In this document: positions 27,869-45,372 of the stretch, in pieces
Layout: each line of letters opens with the position of its first letter
Position numbering within the stretch: position 1 is the first letter of the stretch
Origin: Eledone cirrhosa
Taxonomy: Eukaryota
DNA: 64,000 nucleotides
Assembly: GCA_964016885.1 (NCBI GenBank)
Contig: OZ024742.1
Coordinates: forward strand, 38,192,001-38,256,000
Direction of reading: 5' to 3'
Notes under the pieces: model-generated
Told to the model about the DNA's origin: nothing
Database searches by the model: none
The model's input: only the letters and a program-made list of their open reading frames with translations
Translations under genes and position numbers: made by a program

Positions 27869-29784
27869 GATGAAAATTAAATGAAATCCAAATATATTAG
27901 AACTGATGATATATGAAATGCTGATATGACAACCACATGGGTACGTCAGAAGACTATAAAAACACCTATCACATCCCTTGCCGAATACTTATTACATTGA
28001 CATTTCCATACAAGATATAGAGGCAAATGCCAAAGAATGAAAAGTTGAAAGTGAGACTGCTTTGCTTTTGTAAGATTTAAAAAAAATCTTTTAAATGTCT
28101 TTTAGTTTTTGTTATTTTCTTTTAGATTTCCCTATGAACCTTTATGAAATAAGGGTTTGTGATATAAGCACATGGCTAGCAAATTGAGGGGAAGCACAGA
28201 AACTCGATTATATCGATTACAGTACTTGATTGCTACTTTATTTTATCGATTTCAGGATGAAAGGCAAAGTTGTCCTTGGTAGGATTTGAACTCAGAACAT
28301 AAAGAGCCATAACTAAATAGTGCAAGGCATTTTGTAAAACACTGACGATTCTGGCAATCCATTACTAAACGGTTTCTCATTTAGGCACAAGGCCAGCAAA
28401 ATGGGGAGTCAATTATATCAACTCCAGTACAATGAAAGGCAAAGTTGGCCTCAACAGGATTTGAATTCAGAACAAACACGGCAACAAAGCATTTTGTCTG
28501 ATATGCTAATGACTCTGCCAACCCTCAAACAATAATAGTAATGTTTATTTATAATTTAGTCACAATTTTACAATAAAAACTAGGGGAAGGAAGGTATAGT
28601 TGATTAATTAACTACTGTAGGATCTGATTGGTACTTCAATTATTTTCCAAGCCCAGAGGGATGAAAGGCAAAGCTGTTTGTCTCCCGAGGAACTTAAACT
28701 TAAAATGTAGAGAGACATAATTAAAACTAAAAAACAGCAGAACATTTTGTTCATTGCTCTACTGAATAAAAACAATTTCTTACATTGACACAATGCTGCA
28801 AATGTGTGGGTGAGGTTGTAATCAATTAAATCAACCTGGTTATCTGACAGACCTCAAATGATAAGAAGTTAAGTCAATTCCAGATTTATTTGAATACAGA
28901 ATGTAAAGGGAAGTAACAAATTACTGCAAAGCATTGTATTTTCTGGTGTATAAAATGCACATATTTTACCAAAAGATTTGATGTCCAAATCTGCCAGTGT
29001 TATGCACCAAATGTGTGTATGCAATACATGCATACACACAAACACATATATTGATAACCAATAAAGGATAACAAAACAAGAACGAATATTAATCCATTGT
29101 TTTATGTAAAACAATGGATTAATACTCATTCTTGTTCTCTTATACTTTCATTGGTGATCAATACATCTAATCTGTATTTTGGGTACTCATAGATGTATAG
29201 AGTTCATAGTACTACATGAGTAGATGGCATTGTATATCAATTGAGAATACACATCATCAATCCAATGAGTTCTAACAATATATATATATATACACACACA
29301 CATTATATGCATATATATATATATATTATACACAAGCCATTAACATTTTCACTTAAAATAAGAGTAGGGTAGTGTGTATGACACTACTCTTTTTGCCAAT
29401 AATAATAATAATTGTTTCTAAATTATCTAAACACCATATGAGCACATTTTTGTATATCTAAGACCAAGAAAACCTAACTTTTTTACTTCCTCATCAAACC
29501 TTAAGTTAGATAATATACACACGTTCATCGGTCTCTCTCCCTCTGTGTATACGCACACACGCATTTATGTATATATGTATAGCAAAGAATACATACATGT
29601 GGTCAAACACAGACATTGTGCATCCAGGTCTCTGTGCTTAGCATAGAATTGGATAATGTTGCAAGACTTTTATATAAACTGAGTCATTCATATTACAAAA
29701 CGTTCGACTGTAAATTAGGAATGGTACTTACATTTTATTGGATGCTCCAGTCAAGTAGGATTACTGTCGGCATCTGGGATCCGA

Positions 29785-35246
<5,462 letters not shown>

Positions 35247-35247
35247 T

Positions 35248-35415
35248 AAAAGGTAAACAGAAATAACAACATAATCGGTACAGTATATGGAAGGTATATA
35301 TTAGGTTAACGCTTGATATAGCAGGAAGAGGGTTTCGGACGCTAGTCCTTCATCAGAAGAAAGAATGAGAAATAAAATAGATTGAGGGGACGGGCAGGTG
35401 TCTGTGTAAGTAGAT
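35248..35415 (-). repeat. Short element between (TA)n tracts containing a partial hammerhead core
   Basis: Minus strand CTGATGA-A-GGAC-TAGC-GTCC-GAAAC at 35356-35332. Confidence 0.5.
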
Positions 35416-35601
35416 GTGTGTATATATATATATATATATACATATACATCAATGTGTATGTGAAAAAAAATGATATACATATATATATATCCTTAAAACA
35501 AACAATATATTTAATTAATTCATTAATAATAATATTTTTTTACCTTTTTTTTTTTAAATCAGAAAAATATTAATGGAAACAGAAAAAATTTTAATTCTTA
35601 A

Positions 35602-35971
35602 CCCTTTTGACACCAAACCTCCCAAAACTGTCCCTAGTTTTATGATATGAAACCATTTATTTTAATGTTTATATTTATCTAAGAACCTATGTTATCTTCC
35701 AAACATGTTAATAATGAGAAAGTTAGTTATTTTACTAAACCCCTCCAAATTCTTCGATATTTTCAAAACAATCTGAGAATCTTAAGTAGTAGTCTTTCAT
35801 TAGAAATATGGTAAACAAAAAAGTTGCCATCATAATTTTATATAAGAACCTTTGTTAACTCATGTTACAAACACCAAATTTAAAATGAGAATGTTAGTTA
35901 CTTGACTAAAATTATTTGAAAACTATAAGGGACTGTAAGTATCATTCATTAGAAATATGGTAAAAAAAGGG
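35602..35971. mobile_element. Degenerate TTAA-type MITE (second family)
   Basis: ttaa|cccttttgacacc ... ggtaaaaaaaggg|ttaa. Related pieces at about 11215-11440, 15490-15600, 37860-38085, 54083-54300, 54432-54907. Confidence 0.55.
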
Positions 35972-36555
35972 TTAAAAACAATTAAAATAATTTAAAATAA
36001 ATAAATAAGAAGAAGAATGAAACAATGGCAATGCCCCAGCATGGCCACATCCTGTGGACTGAAACAGGTAAAAAGAGTGAGAAGGGTGTAGGGAGAAAAC
36101 AATTGAAAAAATAAAAATGAAAACAAAAATGATTTTCTTTGTAGATGTTGATGAAAGTAAATATGGACATAATCCCATCTTTGTTAATATTTTGCAGTTT
36201 TACAGGTTTTTTTGCTGAGTAAAATCCTTCAACTCAATGATGTCCTGTTTCTTCTTTTCATTGTTTCCCTTCTTTTTTTTAATTTTTTGTTTTCTTTTTA
36301 CTCTCCCATTGTGTCTGCACTGCCCCCAACACCCAGCCTACATACACACAAATACACATGCACACACACAGACACACATTAACACTTACATACATTCACA
36401 AAAGTTCCACAATATCCTGGGAGAGGGGGTTCTTTTTTTGTGTTCATTATTCTATTTAAATTTAAATTTTTGTTTTTTTATCCCTTCTTTTAAAGTTTCT
36501 CGTAAAAATGTTATTGACTCCTTGCCAATCAGATAGAGCTGGTATTTTAGTTTTT

Positions 36556-37407
36556 TCAAGAAACTTTTTTCAAAAGCTTCTGTTTCCTAATGTACGCATT
36601 GTAGAAAAAATGTGCAAAGAGGAAGAAATAACTACAATACATCAGAGTTGAGTATTTTATATTGTCATAGCTCTGGTTGCAGTATTCTCCTCGTGCTTTG
36701 ATTTGGAATGACCAATAATTTATGAGACAGCCAACAACCATTTGTAATATCTGCAGCGATGTGACGGTCATGTTAACCACCACCGGAAGATAGATACGCA
36801 TCGCTCGCAAAGCGTAGTATGTATACATGATAGAATGTACGATATAGTTCATAACCATGAACCATCGTCCAGGGGCTGTATGATCAGTGTAGCTGTACCA
36901 AACATAGATCAACGTGGCGATATGATGGTACCAGTGCAGGAATATTAACTGCTGTTTCCGCAGGACTATAAACAGCGTATCACCCAGCTCAAATACCTTC
37001 GACACAGTGAACATATATGCCCAGAAGCTGGTCACACCACGGAAATACGTTGGAACACAGATGGAATATTGTAGGCTACGGTTTTGGATTGTTGAAATCA
37101 GCTCTGGCAGTGTACGTATGGCGCCTGCAATGCTGAACAAAGCCAGGGTTCCACTCCACACAGCCAAAGCAGGTCGGAGGTCAAATTTGTTTCTGGCTTT
37201 CATCCAGCACTGCCCACCAAAGATGAGAACTATATAGATAACTGAATAAATAAAGCAATTGGTCCAGTTCTTGAGCATGTACTCCATGAAAGATGGTTCA
37301 TCGAAGAGCTTCTCAAAATTGAAGACTATGGAATAGTTATGTTCACCATCTTCCATCATCTGCCAACCCCCCATATGACTTTGGCTTGATACAGAAGCTA
37401 CAACCAT
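36556..37407 (-). CDS. ELOVL6: Very-long-chain fatty acid elongase, ELOVL3/6 (GNS1/SUR4) family, 283 aa, single coding exon
   Basis: Motifs SKVFELGDT, FLHWYHH (HxxHH), MNYIVHSIMYTYY, TSLQILQM, C-terminal KKxx ER-retrieval signal. Acceptor ctttctttttcttcacag at 37473; an in-frame TGA upstream of the ATG fixes the start. Orthology to ELOVL6 is inferred from motifs. Confidence 0.93.
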   Translation of the reverse strand: MVVASVSSQSHMGGWQMMEDGEHNYSIVFNFEKLFDEPSFMEYMLKNWTNCFIYSVIYIVLIFGGQCWMKARNKFDLRPALAVWSGTLALFSIAGAIRTLPELISTIQNRSLQYSICVPTYFRGVTSFWAYMFTVSKVFELGDTLFIVLRKQQLIFLHWYHHIATLIYVWYSYTDHTAPGRWFMVMNYIVHSIMYTYYALRAMRIYLPVVVNMTVTSLQILQMVVGCLINYWSFQIKARGEYCNQSYDNIKYSTLMYCSYFFLFAHFFYNAYIRKQKLLKKVS

Positions 37408-39389
37408 GATGTCTGGGGAAGAAATCTCTTCAGCAACAATACTGGATGGACAATCTTCTTGGTGCCTTCAATCTGTGAAGAAAAAGAAAGAATGAAAAGC
37501 ATTGATAAGATGGTCAATAAAAGTCAACAAATAAAATATATATTAAGGTGGGTGGAGGGAAGAATCAAATTGGAATAAAAAGGTTTAAAATACCTATAGA
37601 TTTAATGTGTGCATCATCATCATCATGATTGTCTAACATGTCTTCCACACTAGCATGGGTTAGATGGGTTTGTCCCATTTAGAGACAAGTTGAGTTAAAT
37701 GACTGTCTTACTCATATAGGGCAGTTTCTGGCTGGTTTTCTACGGCTGGATGCCCTTCTTAACGCCAACCACATTTACAGTGTGTGCTGGGTGATTTTTG
37801 TGCATATGTATGTAAATATGTATCAATGGAAAATTAATACTACAAGTAAAGAAAAGTCATTCAACCTTTTCTATAGCATATTTCTCATGAAAGACTACTT
37901 GTGGTTTTCAAATAATTTTGAAAGTAAGCAACTAACTTTCTCATTATTAAACTGGTGTTTGGTACTTAGTTTCTTACATAAAACTATGATTGAAGGTTTT
38001 CAGATTAATATAAACATTTTTAAATAAATAACTTAGTATTAAAGAATTAAAGGCAGTTTCAGGTGATTTGGTATCAAAAGAGTTAAATTAACATTTCTGA
38101 TTGTTAAGAAATACAAAGTTAGTTTCTATCATGAGTTTCACATTCAGTATTACAAAGAGAAAATATAGCTATCGCATGACCAGTCATATTACAGGTGGAT
38201 ATAAATTGATTTAAGGATACTTATAATGAAATTTTAGCTGACTACTGCTTAATATTAGTTTTAGAATATACATTTTTCCATTCCATACAGTGATACTGTT
38301 AGCACCATGATGAAACACACCTAGGATACGCTGTAAAGTGATAGTGCTGGTGCTCTGATAAAATTCTCCAGTACACTATGTAAAGTAGTAGTGTTGGTGC
38401 CATGATAAAATACACCCAATACACTCTGTACATGGCAATGTCAGTTCCACAATAAAATGCACCCAGTACAGTCTGTAAAGTAATAGTGTTCCTGCCGCAA
38501 TAAAACACACCAGTACACTGTAAAGTGGCAGTGCTGTTGCCATGATAAAATGTACCTAGGATATACTGAAAAGTGGTAATGCTTGTGATACAATAACATG
38601 CACCCAATACACTCTGTAAAGTGGTAGGTATTAGAAACCATAAAAAAATGAAATGTATGAGCAAGACGTGGTTCACTGTCAGTGTCTTGTTTTAGACTGT
38701 GACAACTTTTCCAACCCATGGCAACAGAGAAAATAGACATAAAATGATGATGATAGAACTTAAAATTCAAAAATATCTTATAAAAGATAGACAAACATTG
38801 AGTGTGTGTGTGAGAGAGGCAGTGTGTGTGTGCAAGAGAATGTATGTGTGTGAGAAAGAGAAGGAAAGAAAGATAAAAAAGAAGTAGTGTGTAAGAGAGA
38901 GAAAAACAGTGTGGGTGTGGATGTACATGTATGTGTGCTTGTGTATATGCACTTGTGAATGTGTGTGTATACATTTGTACACTCACTTATTTTGAAATGT
39001 TCCAATGCCAAGCCAGATTTACATTAGACTAGTAAAAAAAAGTGATGGTGTCAAGGCTGCTGTTTCCCTTCTACATATCAGTTCAGTTTCAGAGAGGACA
39101 TTCAAAAGTGAGCCTCATTGAAAATGATACTGAAATGTTAACAGGTGAGAACTAGCTTTTTAGGTCTCACTTTGATAAACTGTCACTATTTAAAAAGCAA
39201 AACTAGCCAATGAATGAAATAGTAGGATAGTAAAATATGGTGTGAAATCCACATGTTCAAATTCTTATATTTTATTTTGTTTTGAGCATTAGAGACTGTG
39301 GTGATGCTGGGGCATTGCATTAAGGAGATTGTAACTAATTATACTTAACCCATCCTATGGATATTTCTACCAAACTTATACTACAGTAC

Positions 39390-39424
<35 letters not shown>

Positions 39425-39779
39425 TATATATATATACACCCTGTAAAGTGGTCGTTTTGGTGACATGACAAAAAGCACCCAGTCCACGCTGTAAATGTGG
39501 TTGGCATTAGGAAGGGCAACCAGCTGCAGAAATCAAGCCAGAAACAGTTCTGCATTAACATCCGCTTTTCCCTGCTTGCAAGGGTGGGACGGGAACTGAT
39601 TCTGGCTTGATTTCTACAGCTGGATGCCCTTCCTAACACCAACCTCATTTACAGTGAGTGCTGGGTGCTTTTTTTCCATGGCGTCTACATGTCCACTTTA
39701 CAGTGTGGGCTGGGTGCTTTTTTGCTGTGGCACCTCTATGACCACTTTGCAGTGGAATGATAGGGACCCCAGTCCTATC

Positions 39780-39920
39780 ATCTCATTTCTACAGCTGAGT
39801 AAACTGGAGCAATGTGAAATAAAGTGTCTTGCTCAAGAAAACAACACATCACCCGGTCTGAGAATTGAACTCACAACCTTTCGATTGCAAGCCCAATGCT
39901 CTAACCACTAAGCCATGTGC
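39780..39920 (-). mobile_element. tRNA-derived SINE fragment (second family)
   Basis: Minus strand gcttagtggttagagca (A box)...gtgagttcaattctc (B box)...ttcttgagcaagacacttt. Related copies at about 42910-43055, 54950-55030, 56470-56630. Confidence 0.7.
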
Positions 39921-39951
<31 letters not shown>

Positions 39952-40231
39952 CATCATCATCGTTTAACGTCCATCTTCCATGCTTGCATGGGTTTGGACG
40001 GGAATTTTCCCACTTGAGGCAAGATTGGTTGTCTTGTTCGTATAGGACTGTCTGGCGGGTTTTCTATGGCTGGATGCCCTTCCTAACACCAACCACGTTT
40101 ACAGTGTGGACTGGGAGGTTTTTACCGTGTTACCTACACGGTCACATTACAGCGTGCACTGTGTGTTTTTATATATATATAGTGTATTTATTAAATATGG
40201 ATTTCAATATTTAATAAATACACCATGTTTT

Positions 40232-40297
40232 TTATTCATTCTGACAACTGAAGACAGACACAACATGTCTTCAAGAAACCACTGGTAAATGAAATAA
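40232..40297 (+). ncRNA. Type I hammerhead ribozyme motif (G8 to A mutant)
   Basis: ttattcatt CTGACAA c tgaagaca gacacaaca tgtcttca a GAA ACC act GGT A aatg a aataa: stems I, II and III plus a GUA cleavage triplet. Confidence 0.75.
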
Positions 40298-40420
40298 TTA
40301 TCTTATGTTGTTTATTACATAACTAATAAGCTCTGTAGCCTACATAGAGCACTCTTTTTTCCTGTACCTTTCTGACGGAAATACTTCACACATATATCTA
40401 TATATATATATATATATATA

Positions 40421-41027
40421 TGGTGGCTGCCAACTCGTTTTCGAGTACGGCCACTACTTTATATCCATGTAAGAGAACCCCTACCGATACGCTGAACGAG
40501 TGTGACGTTTTAGTCCAGCCAGCGACTTGAAAACTCTGGTACAAACACTACACTTGTGACAATTATTGACACATAGTGCTGGGCTCATGTTACCATATGA
40601 CGACAAGTGTAGAGAGATCTCCAGATATAAAGCAATGCCTGTGCCGTGAAGCTTTTATAGTGAGCAAAGGCACTGCACAAAGCCAGTCCCACTCTCTTAA
40701 CCAAGATGATATTTACCAAAAAGAAGAACAAGTCAACATCATTGGATACCATCAAGGTTGCAGGTGTTATATCAGAGTTTTCCTTCTCCTAGAATTCTGC
40801 CTTGACAAAAGCTAAGGGGTCATCTCTCCTGGTGATTTTGGATGGCCATTGACTCTTAAGAGCTCCTTTGGCCTTTGACAGGTTTTTTTTTTTTGTCCTG
40901 CAGGATGTCCAAAGTCACCCTCCTCACCAAGAAACCTTGGTGGGGTTGCCAGTTTAGTCGCCAACGACCCGACCATGAGACAGGTTGTACTGGGATACAT
41001 GTTACCAGTAGCACCAACTGGTGACCT

Positions 41028-41030
<3 letters not shown>
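40421..41030 (-). mobile_element. Non-autonomous element in (TA)n resembling an RTE 5' UTR
   Basis: GC-richer 610-bp island bounded by (TA)n on both sides; minus strand contains ggcgactaaactggcaaccc and ctaggagaaggaaaactctga, motifs typical of RTE 5' UTRs (recognition from memory). Confidence 0.55.
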
Positions 41031-41077
<47 letters not shown>

Positions 41078-41492
41078 AGACAGGCTATTGCAGTTTCCAC
41101 CTACCAAGTTTCACTCATAAGTCATTGGTCAACCCGAAGCTATAGTCAAAGACAAAATGCTTCATTTTCATTGTTTTTCATGAAAGGACTGGGGCCCCTA
41201 TCATTGAAGCACTTAAAAAAAAACCTATGTGACATAATTTCATAGGAAGCCAGCTAAACTTACATTGGTGCAAGCCATGAATTCAATTTTTCATTCATCT
41301 GTATATTGTAAGTATTGAAACATAGTTTGAAGTGCACATTTTCAAATGTGTAGAAGCACTACTCCATATAACAGCAGTAATATGTTAGCGGTAAACTTTT
41401 AACAACCCCTTTATGTAATATGTTATGGGAAAACTATTTAACAACCCCTACTCCAATCAAATTAAACAGCAGTGTACTGTTTATATTTACAA

Positions 41493-41781
41493 CTAGCTGG
41501 CCCCGTGCTGTCAAAAATGTTGGCTAATTATAATATCTATACATAATATAAAAAAAAGAGATGTTTGTTTTTTGGTTGGTTGATTCCTTGACTCTCACTC
41601 ACACAAGTTATACAAACATACAAACACACAGCTGTGACGAATCTTAGAATGCTGGACTTCTATAGTTTCTCCCCACTTCCTCAGTCATCACATAGATGTG
41701 TGTTTATTAGACACCCCTTCCTTCCTCAGTCATCTCTAGTGTGAGATGGACAAATACACATGGCTTTTATATATTAGTAGA
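41493..41781 (-). mobile_element. Non-autonomous Helitron-like element
   Basis: Minus strand A|TCtactaatatataaaag ... gcacggggccagCTAG|T: TC start, CTAG end, AT target site. Subterminal hairpin is degenerate. Confidence 0.6.
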
Positions 41782-44249
41782 TGCATACTTGAATAAAACT
41801 TGATCTCGTATAAAAGTCAACCCTAGGACAACAGATCAACATTTGTGTATGAAGGTATTATCCTGAACATAATTGTTTCTACTTTTGGCACAAGGCCAGC
41901 AATTACCCAGTACATTACTGGTACTTTATTTTATCGACCCCGTAAGGATGAAAGGCAAAGTTGACCTCGGCGGGATTTGAACTCAGAATGGAAAGGGCCG
42001 TAACTATGCGTCAAAGCATAATAAATGTTACACAAACATAATAAATGTTACAATGAATAAAATAAATTTTTCTGTGCTATTATTTTCTGATGTTTGTGGC
42101 CCTTGTGGCCAATAAATGAAATCATTATTTTCTGATGTTTGTAAGTAAAAATGTTTATAAGAGCTACATGACCTTATTTGTTAGTTTTATTTGTTGGAAA
42201 TGTATTTTGATGTTTAGAAACATTGGGATTATTACTGTAATTCATGCTTATTTTATTTTATTCATTGAGAATCTGCTAATAATAATTTCAACTCAGAGCA
42301 TAGAAAATCATAACTAAATACCATAAAGCATTTTGTCTGACGCTCTACCGGCAATGCCATAATAATAATATGCAAATTGGCAGGTAAGGAAGTCAGGACC
42401 ACGATACTATTGCATCCAAATTCAGAGAACTCCCAGAGTAAACAGAGGAACTTGAAACAGAGTGTAAACTGTTTAGCTTGGCAGTTTCTGCTTCAGCTGT
42501 TAAATGCTGCAGGCAAAGTGCCTTGATGTGGTACTAGGTGGCAGGAGGACCCCCTGGTTCAGTCAAGAGATTAAAGATGAATCCAAGCTAAGCAGGAGGC
42601 TTACAAAGCTTGACTTCGAAATAAGTCCTCTTTCTTGCACTTGTGGTACAAGCAGGCGCGAAGTCAAAGCAAAGACAGTTAAGCTGGAAACCAACTTGAT
42701 GTCAATATGATGTACAAATGTATACTATGCCCAGTTAAATGTAGAACTTGTGATATCTGACAAAATCCATTGAGAATTTATCATACCCCACCACAATAAA
42801 CAATCTAAAACATTGAAATAATTTAATCCTAAGACATAAACCCCTCATTATTATCAACTCAGGAGGGGAAGAGTAACTTTTAATATCAAAATATTACTGG
42901 TACTTGTGAAGACACATGACCTAGTGGATAGGGTGTTGAAGACACAATCATAAGGTAGTGGGTTCAATTCCTGAATCAGTTGGTGTGTCATGTTCTTGAG
43001 AAAGATACTTTATTTCCAACTACACCAGTCCACTCAGCTGGAAAAAATGAGTTGTGGTGACGCCACCATCACCACCACTGAAACTCACTCCCGTAACAGT
43101 ATCTATGAAAAACTATATACATCTAGTCTGCTTCCACCATCATCATGATGACCATAAATGTATTATTTGTAAAAATCTCTACATAAGCACTCAGTTTATT
43201 TTGCCTCAGTATCAAGCGAGTGAGTAAACATCAATGATGATGGATAAAGATGCTGAAACATGAATGTTTGGCATTCTCACAGTTACCCGAAGTAGCTGTG
43301 ATATGATCACATCTTAAAATACACACAGCAAGACTATATGTATGTTTATTATACAAGTCTGTTATGACCATTGTCCCCACTACAATGACTACTACTGTCA
43401 TTGCTAGCATAATTATCATTGCCACCACCACCACTGTCTCCTCCACCAAACAACTAAACCACAGTTTGTTACTGTATCACACACTGTTTGCCAAAAGTAA
43501 ATTGGCAGATGGTTTATTCTTCTCTCATCTCCTCTCACTACCACCACTACCAACTACAGCAACCAACCAACATAACCACCACCATTATCAGTACTCGTAA
43601 GCAGACTCAAAGTTTTTTCCTAGACACACAACATGATTGACAAAAACACAGAGAACCCCCCCCCCCCCCACACACACACGCCAAAAAAGAAAGAAAACAA
43701 AACAAAAACAAAAGTGAATGAACTAGATTATCAAGAATTAGACAAATACATAAATGATGTATTTCTTTGGCAGAATCTCAAATTTGGAAAGTGTTCTGAC
43801 AATCTATCGTCAGCTTGTCTTGCTTAAGGGTTCGCAAGTAAAAGCAATCCACAAAAACCTGATGTGTATTACATGACAACATCTATTGATTGAAAACAAT
43901 GATTTTCTGCTACAAAGACATGTTTATCCTCCTCACCATCATCATAATCCATGTATTTATTTGTCTATCATTTATCAACTGGCAGAGTTGTTTGGGCATT
44001 GGATTAAATGCTTCTATATTTTATTCCAGCTTTCTGCACTATAAGTTCATATCCCATGAAGAAATTGACTGTTTTCCAATCTGGAGAGAGATAGGACCCA
44101 CCATATTTTAAATTCCTAAGATATGCTGCATATCAGGATGGCACCCATATAACATCATCAGTTAGAGGCTAATTTTTTTTACCTTTCAATTTTATCAAAT
44201 GACATATTCTGCCCTTTTTGTTATTGTTTAGGCACACCACCCCAATGTT

Positions 44250-44395
44250 GCCATCTATACTACATACCCACTGTTACTGTTTATACTACTGACACCCCCA
44301 CTGTTAGTCTATAGTAGAGACCCCCCTGTTACAGCCTATACTACAGACACTCCCCACTGTTACAGTCTATACTACAGATCCACCCCCACTGTTGT
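44250..44395. repeat. About 30-bp minisatellite, roughly 5 copies
   Basis: Repeats of tatactacagacaccccca-ctgttacagtc. Confidence 0.75.
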
Positions 44396-45372
44396 GCTGT
44401 ACTGCAGAAGACCTGCCTTCCCACATGCACAGGGTGAAACAAACATGTAGAGGATACTAGTCTGCACCAACCTTCTCCCTCCCTAATATCAATACCACCC
44501 CCTGTCCTATCATGAAAACAATGCTATCAAAGTGGAGTCAGCTGCCTGCAGGTACAAGACCTGCGAGATGTAGTAATTGTTCCAACGTGTCTCCCTCACC
44601 ATCCTCCAGGGTAATGTATTTTCCACCCTGTGGGCCAGAACTCAGAGGCAAAGGGTAAGTTAGTTGGAGTTAGAAGATACTCATTCAGACATCACACATT
44701 TCCTTTTCTTTCCAGAAGTTATTTCTGGAAAGGAGTTTCTTACATACATACACACATCATAGTCAGAGTTATTTAATGTGAATTGAAGAATCTTCCTCAA
44801 GAACATAACACACCATCTGAGCTATGAATCAAACCCACAACCTTATGATCATGAGCCCAACATTGTAACCATTAGACCAAGAGTTTGCTTCCTCCATAGC
44901 TCTTTTCCTGCTCTATTTTCTTCCTGTCACCACTTTTGCTGGGCTGTGTAAACAATGGAAACCTCTTAATCTTGTAACAACATATGGTAGAAGGCTTTTG
45001 CTACTTTAAACTCTTCCACCAGTGACATTAAAACAGTTGCATATTTAGTAGTTGTGCTATACAGCCCAATGTCTGTAAAGCCTGGTGGGAGACCAAGTCA
45101 ATCCTGTAGGAACCTGCTAATACTTATTACTATTCTCTCCACTCTTGTCAACAATAAATCACAAATGACAGTTTGCAGAATGTTGCTGCTTCTACTATTT
45201 GCTGACTGTTTTGAATTAATTGGTCTTTTTGATACACCAAGTTATGGGCAGCTTGACAGCAATCCAATTTTTAAGAATTATATTTCTAAACTAGTGGACC
45301 AATGCTCTCAATACTGATGATAATTGTGAACATATTTAATATTTTGTGTACAAGATTAGTATGCCATATGTA

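Noticed and set aside
41655-41690. Minus-strand CTGAGGA...GAAACTATAG
   Set aside because: No stem II pairing and no NUH triplet; lies inside the Helitron-like element.
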